Sequence record: NC_028925.1
Direction: 5' to 3' (one strand)
DNA from: Escherichia phage vB_EcoM_VR25
Length of the DNA: 64,000 nucleotides
Part shown: positions 1 through 9,098 of the stretch, in pieces
Layout of the letters: each line of letters opens with the position of its first letter
Numbering within the stretch: position 1 is the stretch's first letter
The notes under the pieces: model-generated
Databases searched by the model: none
What the model saw: the letters and a program-made list of their open reading frames with translations, nothing else
What the model was told of the DNA's origin: nothing
Translations under genes and position numbers: made by a program

Positions 1-418
1 TGCCGAGTACGACAATCTGTTTGAAACTGGCGTATGACATTCCGATAAGCTGTTCAAATTCTGCTTGGAAGTCTTTACTGCTGGCAGATTCATCAAGACG
101 TTCACCGCCACAAGAGATTTCAAAAACATTGGGTTTTTGCCCACGTTTGATATAGTATTCTTTTCCATCATATTCCATCCACAATTCAACGAGCATATCT
201 TTTTTGTTGCTCGAGTTAATCAACTGCCCTTTCTTAACATCACGAAAAGGCTTACCAAACAATGCAAATGTAACGGCTTCAAGGAAGGTTGATTTACCTG
301 CACCGTTCTTACCGGTCACCAGAGTTTTCTGGACCTTATCGAGTTGAACCGTAATTGCTTGCGCTCCAACTGACATGATATTTTTATAGATAACTTTCTT
401 TAGCTTAAAAGTCTTCAT
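1..418 (-). CDS. 46: Recombination endonuclease subunit gp46 (Rad50/SbcC-like ATPase), N-terminal ~139 codons; gene continues beyond window start
   Basis: Minus-strand ATG at 418 then MKTFKLKKVIYKNIMSVGAQAITVQLDKVQKTLVTGKNGAGKST (Walker A); matches the T4 gp46 N-terminus from memory; start overlaps stop of upstream ORF. Confidence 0.9.
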   Translation of the reverse strand, partial: MKTFKLKKVIYKNIMSVGAQAITVQLDKVQKTLVTGKNGAGKSTFLEAVTFALFGKPFRDVKKGQLINSSNKKDMLVELWMEYDGKEYYIKRGQKPNVFEISCGGERLDESASSKDFQAEFEQLIGMSYASFKQIVVLG

Positions 419-668
419 CGTAATAAGCATCCTTGATGCAAGATTCTGCCATATGAATTAATGTCTCTGGTGTATCATCTTCCATTACATTAAAGCTAAA
501 TTCTACAGCCCAATCAGTGACTACATAGACTTTGATAAGTTGACCGGTTTCCCGGTCAGTAATGGCTTCAAACCAATACTTAATAGTATTCGGTTGGTTA
601 TCATCGTCAACCACATCACATTCGCGGATATGTTCAAGACCCGCTTCATTAAAATCATAAAGTCTCAC
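405..668 (-). CDS. Hypothetical protein, 87 aa (T4 46.1/46.2 position)
   Basis: Track ORF; start overlaps gp47 stop and stop overlaps gp46 start (coupled); no recognisable motif. Confidence 0.55.
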   Translation of the reverse strand: MRLYDFNEAGLEHIRECDVVDDDNQPNTIKYWFEAITDRETGQLIKVYVVTDWAVEFSFNVMEDDTPETLIHMAESCIKDAYYDEDF

Positions 669-1684
669 GGTTGCACCTCAAGGTATAATTTGTTGGCCAA
701 TGCTTTAAGAGCTTTTGATTCTTTTTCATTGGCATCAGGTAATGCATCGATATATTCTGCCATCATATCCGTTAAGCGTTTTATGTCTAGCTCTTCATCT
801 GCATCTGTTGTGTCTACACTATTGTCAACCTTATTGACAATACGCAAGTCATGCACGCGCTTTTCTAATTCAGATTCAAACTTGGTCAGTTCTTTATCGA
901 CTTTTTCTACAATAACACGGACTGATAAGTCTTTGAAGTCGTCGTAGTTAATAGTTTCGTTTGGATAGAAAATCTTCCGATGCCAGGTGGTTTCATTCGG
1001 AATAAATTTCATCTCTTCGGTTTCGGTATTAAATTCCCAGAACCCGCGAGGGTCGTTCTCATCGCCTGCTGTTAATGTCCATGGTGTACCGATGTACTTA
1101 ACGTTTGCAGCTTCTGAAATGGTATGGAAGTGTCCAGACCAAACTTGCTTGTACTTCTTAAGGAAATCAGGCTCAAGCCCGTGTGATTTCAATCCTTTAT
1201 AGAAATAAAACCCGGTTAATTCCCAGTGACCGATGCAATATTCAGCGCCAGAGGTTTTGATGTGGTCATGAATAGCTGTCGCGTTCTCATCACACATCCA
1301 TGGAATCATATCAATCTGACAGCCGTCAAAATCAACAGTTGTTGGCTTATCGTAGATTTTAACATGGTCATACTTATTCAGGAGTTCGGTGATAGCGTTA
1401 GGATGAATCTTATTCTTCAGATTCATGTCATGGTTCCCGATTATCGTGTGCAGAGTAATTCCTGCTTCACGAAGGAGTTCCATAATCTCGCGGCTGAATT
1501 CCATTGTCTTATGCGTTACGGCCTTACGGACATCAAAGATATCACCATATTGAATCCAGACTTTAATTCCATTCGCCTTAGAATATGCAATCGCCTGTAA
1601 AATACCATCGCGTTGAATGTTTTGAGCCCATGGGTCGTCAGCTTTGACACCCAAGTGCCAATCACCTAAATTTAAAATTTTCAT
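665..1684 (-). CDS. 47: Recombination endonuclease subunit gp47 (Mre11/SbcD-like nuclease)
   Basis: 339 aa, ATG start; MKILNLGDWHLGVK...GDIFD...GNHD...GHFH phosphoesterase motifs; same length and very similar sequence to T4 gp47. Confidence 0.95.
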   Translation of the reverse strand: MKILNLGDWHLGVKADDPWAQNIQRDGILQAIAYSKANGIKVWIQYGDIFDVRKAVTHKTMEFSREIMELLREAGITLHTIIGNHDMNLKNKIHPNAITELLNKYDHVKIYDKPTTVDFDGCQIDMIPWMCDENATAIHDHIKTSGAEYCIGHWELTGFYFYKGLKSHGLEPDFLKKYKQVWSGHFHTISEAANVKYIGTPWTLTAGDENDPRGFWEFNTETEEMKFIPNETTWHRKIFYPNETINYDDFKDLSVRVIVEKVDKELTKFESELEKRVHDLRIVNKVDNSVDTTDADEELDIKRLTDMMAEYIDALPDANEKESKALKALANKLYLEVQP

Positions 1685-1728
1685 ATACTCTCCTCAGTTG
1701 GTTCATTTTATCATCCCGATTATAAAGC

Positions 1729-1753
1729 AAAAAAGGAAGCACTAGGCTTCCTT
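1729..1753 (-). terminator. Putative rho-independent terminator upstream of gene 47
   Basis: GGAAGC-ACTAG-GCTTCC hairpin followed by a U6 run on the minus-strand transcript. Confidence 0.5.
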
Positions 1754-1915
1754 TCCAATTAATACACCATACAGAGGTTCATGAGAAGACTTGAACTTGA
1801 TGGTTTTATAGGTAATAGTACCTTCATTTTCTGCTTTAATACGAGCGGCTTCAAATTGAAGCATCATCTCATTTTTGTCAGATTTAATCTTATCAAAATC
1901 CGTCGAACTCGTCAT
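1742..1915 (-). CDS. Hypothetical small protein, 57 aa
   Basis: Minus-strand ATG at 1915 preceded by AAGAGGG; MTSSTDFDKIKSDKNEMMLQFEAARIK...; below the track 60-aa cut-off; stop lies in the terminator stem. Confidence 0.35.
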   Translation of the reverse strand: MTSSTDFDKIKSDKNEMMLQFEAARIKAENEGTITYKTIKFKSSHEPLYGVLIGKEA

Positions 1916-2001
1916 TCATACGCCCTCTTAAACCTTTTCGTATTCGTCGTTCAAGCTATTAAAAATCCGGATGTTCGTCATTCATTAACCTTCTCCAAAT
2001 C

Positions 2002-2205
2002 CTACCAGCGTTTCCACCATTTTTTAAGCTGGTGTGAATCAACCCACACCTTCGCTACTGGCTCAATCTGAAAAATACCGTCAGAATACTGGCCAATCAT
2101 TTTGTATTCGGTTTCGGTCTGCTTAATACAGATATTACCATATGAGCGAAGTCTGAAAGCGGCTCCAACAAGAAGCCGTTTAAAAGGTTTATTTACTAAT
2201 GCCAT
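2002..2205 (-). CDS. Hypothetical protein, 67 aa
   Basis: Track ORF in the 47-55 interval where T4 carries alpha-glucosyltransferase; no motif recognised. Confidence 0.4.
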   Translation of the reverse strand: MALVNKPFKRLLVGAAFRLRSYGNICIKQTETEYKMIGQYSDGIFQIEPVAKVWVDSHQLKKWWKRW

Positions 2206-2500
2206 TTACGATTTCCCAAATTTGCTTGCGAGTAGTTTCCCACATCAACTTAATCAGGTCTTCCGTAACTGGTTGGCGGTAAATTCCACGCAGTTTAACT
2301 AAAGCATATTTGTATGCTTCAAAATTGTTTTCCAGCACTGCCCCTTGAGCATGCTTATTCAGTCGTTCAATTTCACGAGCATTCTTTTTCAGAATCTTCG
2401 TGGCTTGGCTGGTAGCTTCGAGTGCGTTCGCTTCTTCGAGACGTTCCTGTGCTTCTTCAATCTGCTTATCGGTCAGTTGAGAAATATCTGGAGCTTGCAT
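2189..2500 (-). CDS. Hypothetical protein, 103 aa, predicted helical
   Basis: Track ORF; charged, coiled-coil-like composition; overlaps neighbours by a few codons. Confidence 0.45.
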   Translation of the reverse strand: MQAPDISQLTDKQIEEAQERLEEANALEATSQATKILKKNAREIERLNKHAQGAVLENNFEAYKYALVKLRGIYRQPVTEDLIKLMWETTRKQIWEIVNGISK

Positions 2501-2501
2501 A

Positions 2502-2753
2502 TTAATCCTTGGGAGTTAACTCAATTGTAAAATATAGATTAGCATTATCCACATGATAACGGTAATCAACGTTATTATCCGGTGAAGTAAATTCCAGATT
2601 CCGGACGTTTAAAGGGTCGATATCAATTGGAAGACCTTTTATGTCTCGCAGATAAAGTTTAATGAAATATGGGAGCGCTGTAAAGTCTTCCTCGATTTTA
2701 TCTAAAAAATCGGTAATATCAAATTGATGTTCCATATAAAAAATCCAAATCAC
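2502..2753 (-). CDS. Hypothetical protein, 83 aa (start may be an internal Met)
   Basis: Track ORF immediately downstream of gene 55; 5-prime end overlaps the gp55 stop. Confidence 0.4.
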   Translation of the reverse strand: MIWIFYMEHQFDITDFLDKIEEDFTALPYFIKLYLRDIKGLPIDIDPLNVRNLEFTSPDNNVDYRYHVDNANLYFTIELTPKD

Positions 2754-3276
2754 CTTCTTTATCTTTGGCGCTCTTATCAGACCCTGGCGCTTTAACTAAG
2801 GAGGATTCGTACTGTGTCATTTTGTCATAGATGTCCTGGATAAATGTTTCGTCAGCCAGAGCCACCATATCGTCGTCACGTGAATCATACACGTTATGGA
2901 CGAAGTAGCTATATTTCTTTGCCATTTCTTTACGTTCTTTTTTGATACGCTGAACGAAAGCATTGAAGCAAGCCATTGTTATGTAAGCATGTGGATTATC
3001 GTATTTTGTTTCGTCGAAGTTATGAAGACCTTTTATTGCGGCCTCAATTCCGTCCGCTATCATTTCCTGCTTCCAAGATTGGGTATATCCTGAAAAGTTG
3101 AAACGTTTAGACAGACCTTCGGCTATAAGCATAATTGCCAGACCAATAACATCGTTCTGGCGAATAATTTTATTTGGGTCGGTGTTCGCATTCAGCTTCT
3201 GTTTCCACTCCGAAATAGCTTTCAGAAGCTCTTTATTATTTACATAGTTATTCTTGGTTAATTTAATTTCGTTCAT
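2719..3276 (-). CDS. 55: Late-transcription sigma factor gp55
   Basis: 185 aa, ATG start; ...[35 protein letters not shown]... nearly identical to T4 gp55 over most of its length. Confidence 0.95.
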   Translation of the reverse strand: MNEIKLTKNNYVNNKELLKAISEWKQKLNANTDPNKIIRQNDVIGLAIMLIAEGLSKRFNFSGYTQSWKQEMIADGIEAAIKGLHNFDETKYDNPHAYITMACFNAFVQRIKKERKEMAKKYSYFVHNVYDSRDDDMVALADETFIQDIYDKMTQYESSLVKAPGSDKSAKDKEGDLDFLYGTSI

Positions 3277-3324
3277 ATCGCCTCACTTAGTATATGAATA
3301 TTATATCATCCTTGATACAAAGCG

Positions 3325-3591
3325 TTAGCGAAGTAAACAGTAAGCCTGGAAGACCTTCTCCATAATTGCCTTAAATTCGTGGATGTCAATATAAGGGATA
3401 ACCTCAGCATCACTAATGAATTCCATCAGCCGGTCATGCTCGTTGCGGTATTGACCTTCATTCAACATGCTGATATGAGATTCCCAGGAGCCATACCCTT
3501 CTGCGTGTGGGAAGAATGTTATTTTCATGAATTCATCCACCCAAAACGTTCCCAGGTCCTGGACGGATATCATTGTATGATTGATGTGCAT
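3325..3591 (-). CDS. Hypothetical protein, 88 aa
   Basis: Track ORF in a compact minus-strand early operon; no motif recognised. Confidence 0.45.
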   Translation of the reverse strand: MHINHTMISVQDLGTFWVDEFMKITFFPHAEGYGSWESHISMLNEGQYRNEHDRLMEFISDAEVIPYIDIHEFKAIMEKVFQAYCLLR

Positions 3592-3857
3592 CAGTGCACC
3601 AATTGGGCAGCTTCTAAAACATCATCAAGCTTATCAAACTGGTCAACATAATCAATCCCACCAACTTCATCTTTGGCATACAACCAATACTGCTTGAATT
3701 CATATTCAATAATAAAGTGGTCGCCTTCAATCTGGAGGACACCAACATCATTAAATTGAACTGCATAACCCGTAAAGCGGATATCATTCAGGAGTTCTTC
3801 TTTCATAGTAATCATTTCCAGGTTTTTCTCATAATGAGAGAGTTTAATTTTAATCAT
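3591..3857 (-). CDS. Hypothetical protein, 88 aa
   Basis: Track ORF; stop/start abutting its neighbours. Confidence 0.45.
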   Translation of the reverse strand: MIKIKLSHYEKNLEMITMKEELLNDIRFTGYAVQFNDVGVLQIEGDHFIIEYEFKQYWLYAKDEVGGIDYVDQFDKLDDVLEAAQLVH

Positions 3858-4198
3858 TTCGCGCCCTTAACAATTTTCAGGTCAACAAAACCTTTCTTGC
3901 GTTGGGAATTCATGCGCTTGATGGCTTTGTCAGAAACTTCTTTGTTTTCACGTGGGAGCGGCAGACCAAACGCTACTACATCAAATTCATTCAGGATATA
4001 CTGGACAAGGCTTTCACGAATACGTGCTTTACCCATTGTCTGACCTTCTGCAATAATCAGTTTCTGTACATCGCCTTCCCATTGGTCCAGAATCTCAGGA
4101 GTAACGAAACCAGATTTCATCAGAGTGTTGACTTTAGCAAATGCGAAATTAGCGATGGTGTTAGTGATAGATGCAGTCATGATATATTCCTCAGTCAA
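3854..4198 (-). CDS. Hypothetical protein, 114 aa
   Basis: Track ORF; overlapping stop-start with the downstream ORF. Confidence 0.45.
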   Translation of the reverse strand: MTEEYIMTASITNTIANFAFAKVNTLMKSGFVTPEILDQWEGDVQKLIIAEGQTMGKARIRESLVQYILNEFDVVAFGLPLPRENKEVSDKAIKRMNSQRKKGFVDLKIVKGAK

Positions 4199-4247
4199 TT
4201 AAAATTTTATTATCCTTGGGGTCATTATACCATGACCCCGTTGGTTT

Positions 4248-4445
4248 TTATTGCGCTTTAGCCGCTTTCCAGCCTTCATACATCATTGCGGCTGATATTA
4301 ATATTGCTCCTGAGCAACTTGAATACTTGTGATTCCAAAACCATTTTAGAAAAACTTCGTCATCAATACCTTGAGCTATCATATTTTCAAAGAACTGACG
4401 ACGAGATTCGGCAACTCGCTGCGATAATTTAGATTCAGGATTCAT
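4248..4445 (-). CDS. Hypothetical protein, 65 aa
   Basis: Track ORF. Confidence 0.4.
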   Translation of the reverse strand: MNPESKLSQRVAESRRQFFENMIAQGIDDEVFLKWFWNHKYSSCSGAILISAAMMYEGWKAAKAQ

Positions 4446-4577
4446 TTAAATTTTCCAATTGCCATTTTCATCAATGAATTTAATCCAGTCATTTACTGAC
4501 CACTTAGTTGTATCACCTTTTGGAGTAACATTTAAAGTGTATAACCCCTGCTTAAAAAACATTCGTTTGATATTCAT
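4446..4577 (-). CDS. Hypothetical small protein, about 43 aa
   Basis: Internal ATG of the track ORF 4446..4670, preceded by GAGGAAA SD; the upstream ORF stop (TGA) sits inside that SD. Confidence 0.35.
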   Translation of the reverse strand: MNIKRMFFKQGLYTLNVTPKGDTTKWSVNDWIKFIDENGNWKI

Positions 4578-4584
4578 ATTTTCC

Positions 4585-4878
4585 TCAGCTATAACGGTAA
4601 CATTCATTTGATTTACGCTTTGCAACACGATGAGAAGTATTATAATCAAAATCATCCTCAACGTACACATCTTTTTTCAACTGGCGAACTTCTTTACGAA
4701 GTTGGCGGTTCATTTCATTCTTAACTTCAGAATCAACACCACGCATACGCTTCCATTTGTCTGAACGGAAGATATTTTCTTCAACTTGTTCCTGACTTAC
4801 ACCATCAGGTGCCTGACGACGCCCTGAATAACAAAAATCTTTTACAGACAATTCTTTACGACGAATAGTTTTACCCAT
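4585..4878 (-). CDS. Hypothetical basic protein, 97 aa
   Basis: Track ORF; Lys/Arg-rich. Confidence 0.45.
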   Translation of the reverse strand: MGKTIRRKELSVKDFCYSGRRQAPDGVSQEQVEENIFRSDKWKRMRGVDSEVKNEMNRQLRKEVRQLKKDVYVEDDFDYNTSHRVAKRKSNECYRYS

Positions 4879-4880
4879 AG

Positions 4881-5135
4881 TTACCTCAGCAGTTTGTATC
4901 CAATAAGATTTTTGATATACTGAATATCTTTGATACCCAAATCCAACTTAAGGTCTTTCAGACGTTCACTCAGGGTCAAAAAGGTTACGTGCTTCCAATT
5001 CTTCACTGGGCAACAATAAGTCTTAGGACCATTTGCAATTTCAATATTCTTATCAGTGACGGTGAGAAAAATTAAGCGTTCATCATCAAGGTTCAGGGTG
5101 ATGACATTTTTCATTGCGTGCAATTTAAGGCTCAT
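4881..5135 (-). CDS. Hypothetical protein, 84 aa
   Basis: Track ORF. Confidence 0.45.
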   Translation of the reverse strand: MSLKLHAMKNVITLNLDDERLIFLTVTDKNIEIANGPKTYCCPVKNWKHVTFLTLSERLKDLKLDLGIKDIQYIKNLIGYKLLR

Positions 5136-5314
5136 AATTTAGGTCCTTTTGCAACTGTATTGAACAAGCTACGGTCACACACCATCAACGGAGCATCAGG
5201 CCATTTCAAAGGACGATACCATACATCTTGGTCAGTCACTTTGGTTACCTGTACAGGATAGCCATTTACCGAATAATACCGGTCAACTTTAATTTCTTTA
5301 TCTTGAACAACCAT
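5132..5314 (-). CDS. Hypothetical protein, 60 aa
   Basis: Track ORF; ATG at 5314 preceded by GAGGAAAACAAA leader of the conserved early-promoter cassette. Confidence 0.45.
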   Translation of the reverse strand: MVVQDKEIKVDRYYSVNGYPVQVTKVTDQDVWYRPLKWPDAPLMVCDRSLFNTVAKGPKL

Positions 5315-5345
5315 TTTGTTTTCCTCATCAGTAGTTGATGGGATA

Positions 5346-5375
5346 ATGATACATCATTCAAAGGGGCTTGTACAC
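5346..5375 (-). promoter_or_regulatory. Early promoter with stem-loop (PeSL-like cassette)
   Basis: Minus strand: GGGG-TGTACAAG-CCCC hairpin carrying a -35-like GTGTAC, 18-nt spacer, -10 TATCAT, then conserved leader TATCCCATCAACTACTGATGAGG. Confidence 0.5.
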
Positions 5376-5381
5376 CCCTTT

Positions 5382-5699
5382 TTAATCTTCAATTAAGTCC
5401 TGGTCATACCCCAGGGATATCAGTTTTGTTTTAAAGGCAGGAATATTGGTCATTTTTTCATCATTGACAAAAATCACCGGGTAACGAATGTTAAGGGTAG
5501 GATATCCAGCACGCTTAGCCAGAGACACGATTAAAGGCCTGTCATAAGCGATTTCAGAGCCTTGTTTGTTAAGGACTGAATAGAATGTATAAGGAAGGTT
5601 TAAGGAGCCCAGAAGGCTCCTGATGTGCATACAACCAGGGCATCGACCGACTTCTTCGGGGATACCATAGATTTCAATCTTAGTCGAGTTTTGGCCCAC
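5382..5699 (-). CDS. nrdH: NrdH-like glutaredoxin/thioredoxin-fold protein (CxxC)
   Basis: 105 aa; KIEIYGIPEEVGRCPGC... redox CxxC near the N-terminus; sits at the T4 nrdH position upstream of nrdG/nrdD. Confidence 0.55.
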   Translation of the reverse strand: MGQNSTKIEIYGIPEEVGRCPGCMHIRSLLGSLNLPYTFYSVLNKQGSEIAYDRPLIVSLAKRAGYPTLNIRYPVIFVNDEKMTNIPAFKTKLISLGYDQDLIED

Positions 5700-5979
5700 A
5701 GGAAATCACTCCTTGGTAGTTCCAGGTTTTAATAACTTCTTCATCGCTGGCGGTTGCATACGGGACATAAACCTGAATAAGGAAACCTGTGTCATCGAAA
5801 GAGAAATAAACCGTCGGTTTGATTCCATGAATCTCAGATAGAGCATAGATATCTTTAAGGTCTTCTTCTTTATCAGCAAAGAATTTCGGGTCCAAGTCAC
5901 AGTCATGGAAGTACCATTCATCACCGAACTTGTCCCACGCGGTCCAATTAGTAGCTACATATTCTTCAAAACGTTTCAT
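5680..5979 (-). CDS. Hypothetical protein, 99 aa
   Basis: Track ORF; acidic. Confidence 0.45.
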   Translation of the reverse strand: MKRFEEYVATNWTAWDKFGDEWYFHDCDLDPKFFADKEEDLKDIYALSEIHGIKPTVYFSFDDTGFLIQVYVPYATASDEEVIKTWNYQGVISCGPKLD

Positions 5980-6191
5980 TCTTTCACCTTCAGCATTTTT
6001 GCAATGGTATTATGAATAGCCTGGATTCTTTTGTTGAATTCAGAGCTTTCGAGGCCAGGATTAGTGCTTAACCAACCGATGATAACAAACAGCAAACCAA
6101 ACGGGATAGCCAGAATAAGCAGACAAACGATGAACAACACAAGCGTTATGTTTGCCAGAATATCTGCTGTAGCATTACGAAATTTATTCAT
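5976..6191 (-). CDS. Small membrane protein, about 71 aa
   Basis: ATG at 6191 preceded by AAGGG; one strongly hydrophobic helix (LANITLVLFIVCLLILAIPFGLLFVIIGWL). Confidence 0.45.
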   Translation of the reverse strand: MNKFRNATADILANITLVLFIVCLLILAIPFGLLFVIIGWLSTNPGLESSEFNKRIQAIHNTIAKMLKVKE

Positions 6192-6305
6192 ATTTACCCT
6201 TAATTGATTAACCAAGCATTGATAAACACTAAACTATACTGCGAATAAAATTCTGGACCAAAATGAAAAATCATATCATTTATAGTATCCATAATATAAT
6301 TCAAT

Positions 6306-6776
6306 TTAATCATGTTTCCACACCCCATCGGTATTTGACCAAAGTCGCTGATTATCCGACCCTCGCCATAGCTTTTTAGTCGGAAGATTTTTCTCATACT
6401 TCCCATCAATAATAACATCAACATATTTAATCATTTCTAGTTGTTTAATATCTTCAAACTTATATCCTGTCCACAGCCAAATGCTTTTATTGGGATAAAG
6501 ATTTTTAATAGTTTGAACCACAGAGTGAATAACATCTCGGTTATCGGGATAGAGAGGGTCTCCTCCAGTTATAGTTAATCCTTCTATATAATCATTATTC
6601 AAACATTCAATTAATTGTTCTAGTGTTTCACCAGTGAATGGAACGCCATTTCTAGCATTCCATGTTGATTTATTATAACACCCTTCGCATTTATGCAAAC
6701 AACCTGTAACGAAAAGAACGGTCCTGCACCCAGGACCATTAATAAAATCGCAAGGATAAATTCTATCATAATTCAT
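6306..6776 (-). CDS. nrdG: Anaerobic ribonucleotide reductase activating protein NrdG (radical SAM)
   Basis: 156 aa, ATG start; CLHKCEGC cysteine cluster; start overlaps the nrdD stop as in T4. Confidence 0.9.
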   Translation of the reverse strand: MNYDRIYPCDFINGPGCRTVLFVTGCLHKCEGCYNKSTWNARNGVPFTGETLEQLIECLNNDYIEGLTITGGDPLYPDNRDVIHSVVQTIKNLYPNKSIWLWTGYKFEDIKQLEMIKYVDVIIDGKYEKNLPTKKLWRGSDNQRLWSNTDGVWKHD

Positions 6777-8590
6777 TGGTGTTTAACCCTATGCATGATT
6801 TCTTTATTTTTGCCGAGATTAAATCCGCGTTCGTTCGGGTTTCCAAGATAGCCGCATGTTCTTCTTATGGTGTTCATCTTTTTGGGGTCAGTTTCTCCAC
6901 AAATAGAACAAACAAATCCGTTTTCAGTAGGAGTCATTTCATGAGTACTTCCACATGTAAAACATTTATCCACTGGCATATTAACACCAAAATAATCTAA
7001 ATGCTGTGCAGCATAATCCCATACGGTCTCAAGACCTTTTAAATTGTTTTTCATGTCAGGTAATTCAACATAAGAAATGTGACCACCTGTCGCAATGAAA
7101 TGATATGGCGCTTCATGAGAAATCTTTTCAAACGGAGTAATATTTTTTTCTACTGAAACATGGAAACTGTTAGTGTACCATCCTTTATCGGTAACATCTT
7201 TTACACTTCCATATTTTTCTGTATCGAGTTTACAGAATCGATAACACAGGTTTTCAGCAGGAGTGGAGTACAGGCTAAAAGCGAATCCGGTTCTTTCAGT
7301 CCATTGTTTAAGACAAGCATTCATTTTAGTCAAAATTTCTTGTCCAATATCACGACCGACAAGAATATTCAATTCGTGAATACCAATGTATCCTAGGGAC
7401 ACTGAACTTCTACCGTTTTTAAATAACTCAATTATATCATCGTCGGGTTTAAGACGAACCCCGAATGCACCTTCTTGGTAAAGAATAGGGGCAACAGTCG
7501 CTTTAACTCCTTTTAAGGAATTAATTCTACACATCAAAGCTTCAAAACACAAATTCATTCGTTCATTGAATAATTCAACAAATTTCTGTTCATTGAATTG
7601 CGTTCCAATATAAGAATCTAATGCAATACGAGGAAGATTCAGTGTTACAACACCAAGATTATTACGTCCATCAAGAATTTCATTACCAGTCGAATCTTTC
7701 CATACGCTCAAGAAACTACGGCAACCCATTGGAGAAACAGGAACAGATGAGCCGGTGATAGCTTTATTGTTCTTAGCTGAAATAATATCAGGATACATCC
7801 TTTTGCTTGCACACTCTAGAGCAAGCTGCTTGATATCATAGTTCGGGTCGTCTTTATAAAGATTAACACCTTCTTCAACAAACATAACAAGCTTAGGGAA
7901 AATAGGAGTTATTCCATCACGACCAAGACCTTTAATACGATTTTTCAGAATTGCTTTCTGAATCATTCGTTCAGTCCAGTCAGTTCCCGTACCAAATGTA
8001 ATTGTCACAAAAGGGGTCTGTCCGTTTGAACTAAAGAGAGTGTTTACTTCATATTCATAAGCTTGGAATGCATCATATACATCTTTTTCTGTTTTAGATT
8101 GGGCATAATTCAACGCATCAGTGATTTGCCATTTTTCTGCATCCTCAATATGTTTTGCATAGGTGCGTTTAACATAAGGAGAAAATACTTTGTCTACATT
8201 AGCAAAAGTCGTTCCGCCATATTGGTGAGAAGCAACTTGTGCAGTAATTTGTGCCATAATTGCAGTAGCAACACCAATTGATTTAGGAGTTTCAATCTGT
8301 GCATTACCGAGCTTAAATCCGTTTTCAAGCATTCCTTTTAAATCTACTAAACAACAATTAGTAAATGGAAGAGCAGGGGAATAATCAATATCATGGAAAT
8401 GAATAATTCCGCTTTCATGTGCTTTCATAATAAAAGACGCGACCATATTTTTGGCAATGTGTTTAGATACAATACCAGCCATAAGGTCCCGTTGAGTTGG
8501 AAAAACACGAGAATCTTTATTAGCATTCTCGTTTAAAAGGTCTTTATTAGTTTTATGAATCAATCCTTCAATTTCTTTTTCAATTGTCAT
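6773..8590 (-). CDS. nrdD: Anaerobic ribonucleoside-triphosphate reductase NrdD, uninterrupted (no intron)
   Basis: 605 aa continuous ORF, ATG start; C-terminal glycyl-radical motif RRTCGYLG and Cys-rich zinc site; same length as spliced T4 NrdD. Confidence 0.95.
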   Translation of the reverse strand: MTIEKEIEGLIHKTNKDLLNENANKDSRVFPTQRDLMAGIVSKHIAKNMVASFIMKAHESGIIHFHDIDYSPALPFTNCCLVDLKGMLENGFKLGNAQIETPKSIGVATAIMAQITAQVASHQYGGTTFANVDKVFSPYVKRTYAKHIEDAEKWQITDALNYAQSKTEKDVYDAFQAYEYEVNTLFSSNGQTPFVTITFGTGTDWTERMIQKAILKNRIKGLGRDGITPIFPKLVMFVEEGVNLYKDDPNYDIKQLALECASKRMYPDIISAKNNKAITGSSVPVSPMGCRSFLSVWKDSTGNEILDGRNNLGVVTLNLPRIALDSYIGTQFNEQKFVELFNERMNLCFEALMCRINSLKGVKATVAPILYQEGAFGVRLKPDDDIIELFKNGRSSVSLGYIGIHELNILVGRDIGQEILTKMNACLKQWTERTGFAFSLYSTPAENLCYRFCKLDTEKYGSVKDVTDKGWYTNSFHVSVEKNITPFEKISHEAPYHFIATGGHISYVELPDMKNNLKGLETVWDYAAQHLDYFGVNMPVDKCFTCGSTHEMTPTENGFVCSICGETDPKKMNTIRRTCGYLGNPNERGFNLGKNKEIMHRVKHQ

Positions 8591-9060
8591 TTTAAACTCT
8601 TTCTAAGCTGCTTCTTAAATGAAGCCATTAATTGTGTTTTGGTGTCCGATTCATTATAAGTCATACCGTTCAAAAGCATTTCCTGAATCATTTCTTCTTT
8701 CCCCCGGCGACCAAACTCTTTGGCTTTGTCTGTCACAAAATTGGGGTGAATATTGTTTTCGGTATAATCAGATTTCAGATAGACAAGCAAACTCTCTAAC
8801 CATTCCAGGTAGTCAACATCGCGACCTTTCAGACCCGAGCGGCTGAACTTATGCTTCATTTGTCCTTCTGTTCCATTGCACAGATTGCATAGTAACCCAC
8901 GAACCTTACCGGCTTTTGGCCCATTCAATTCGTGGTCATGGTCAAGATGGTTGGCCTGAACATCGGAGTCCAAATCACGGTGGCAAATTGGACACTTACC
9001 ATTTTGTGCATCATAAAGTTTTTGTTTTTCTTCTTTGTATAATTTTCCAGTCAACAACAT
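8587..9060 (-). CDS. 49: Endonuclease VII (Holliday junction resolvase) gp49
   Basis: 157 aa, ATG start; MLLTGKLYKEEKQKLYDAQNGKCPICHRDL...HLDHDHELNGPKAGKVRGLLCNLCN; near-identical to T4 endo VII. Confidence 0.95.
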   Translation of the reverse strand: MLLTGKLYKEEKQKLYDAQNGKCPICHRDLDSDVQANHLDHDHELNGPKAGKVRGLLCNLCNGTEGQMKHKFSRSGLKGRDVDYLEWLESLLVYLKSDYTENNIHPNFVTDKAKEFGRRGKEEMIQEMLLNGMTYNESDTKTQLMASFKKQLRKSLK

Positions 9061-9063
9061 AAT

Positions 9064-9098
9064 ATACCCTTACCTGTGTTAGATAAGGGTATTTATTA
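9064..9098 (-). promoter_or_regulatory. RBS-sequestering hairpin of gene 49 with embedded late-promoter-like TAATAAATA
   Basis: 9-bp stem ATACCCTTA/TAAGGGTAT covers the SD and ends 3 nt before the ATG; TAATAAATA overlaps the 5-prime arm on the minus strand. Confidence 0.6.

Noticed and set aside
540-947. Plus-strand ORF of 135 aa (and many similar plus-strand ORFs across 1-43 kb, for example 1226-1600, 12761-13264, 17251-17712, 36120-36518)
   Set aside because: They lie antisense to well-supported minus-strand genes (here gene 47 and its neighbour), have low-complexity or hydrophobic junk-like translations, and lack SD sequences; treated as antisense artefacts.
6200-6424. Minus-strand ORF of 74 aa overlapping the 3-prime end of nrdG
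   Set aside because: It overlaps nrdG in another frame for about 120 nt; the coherent gene in this interval is the small membrane ORF starting at the ATG at 6191.
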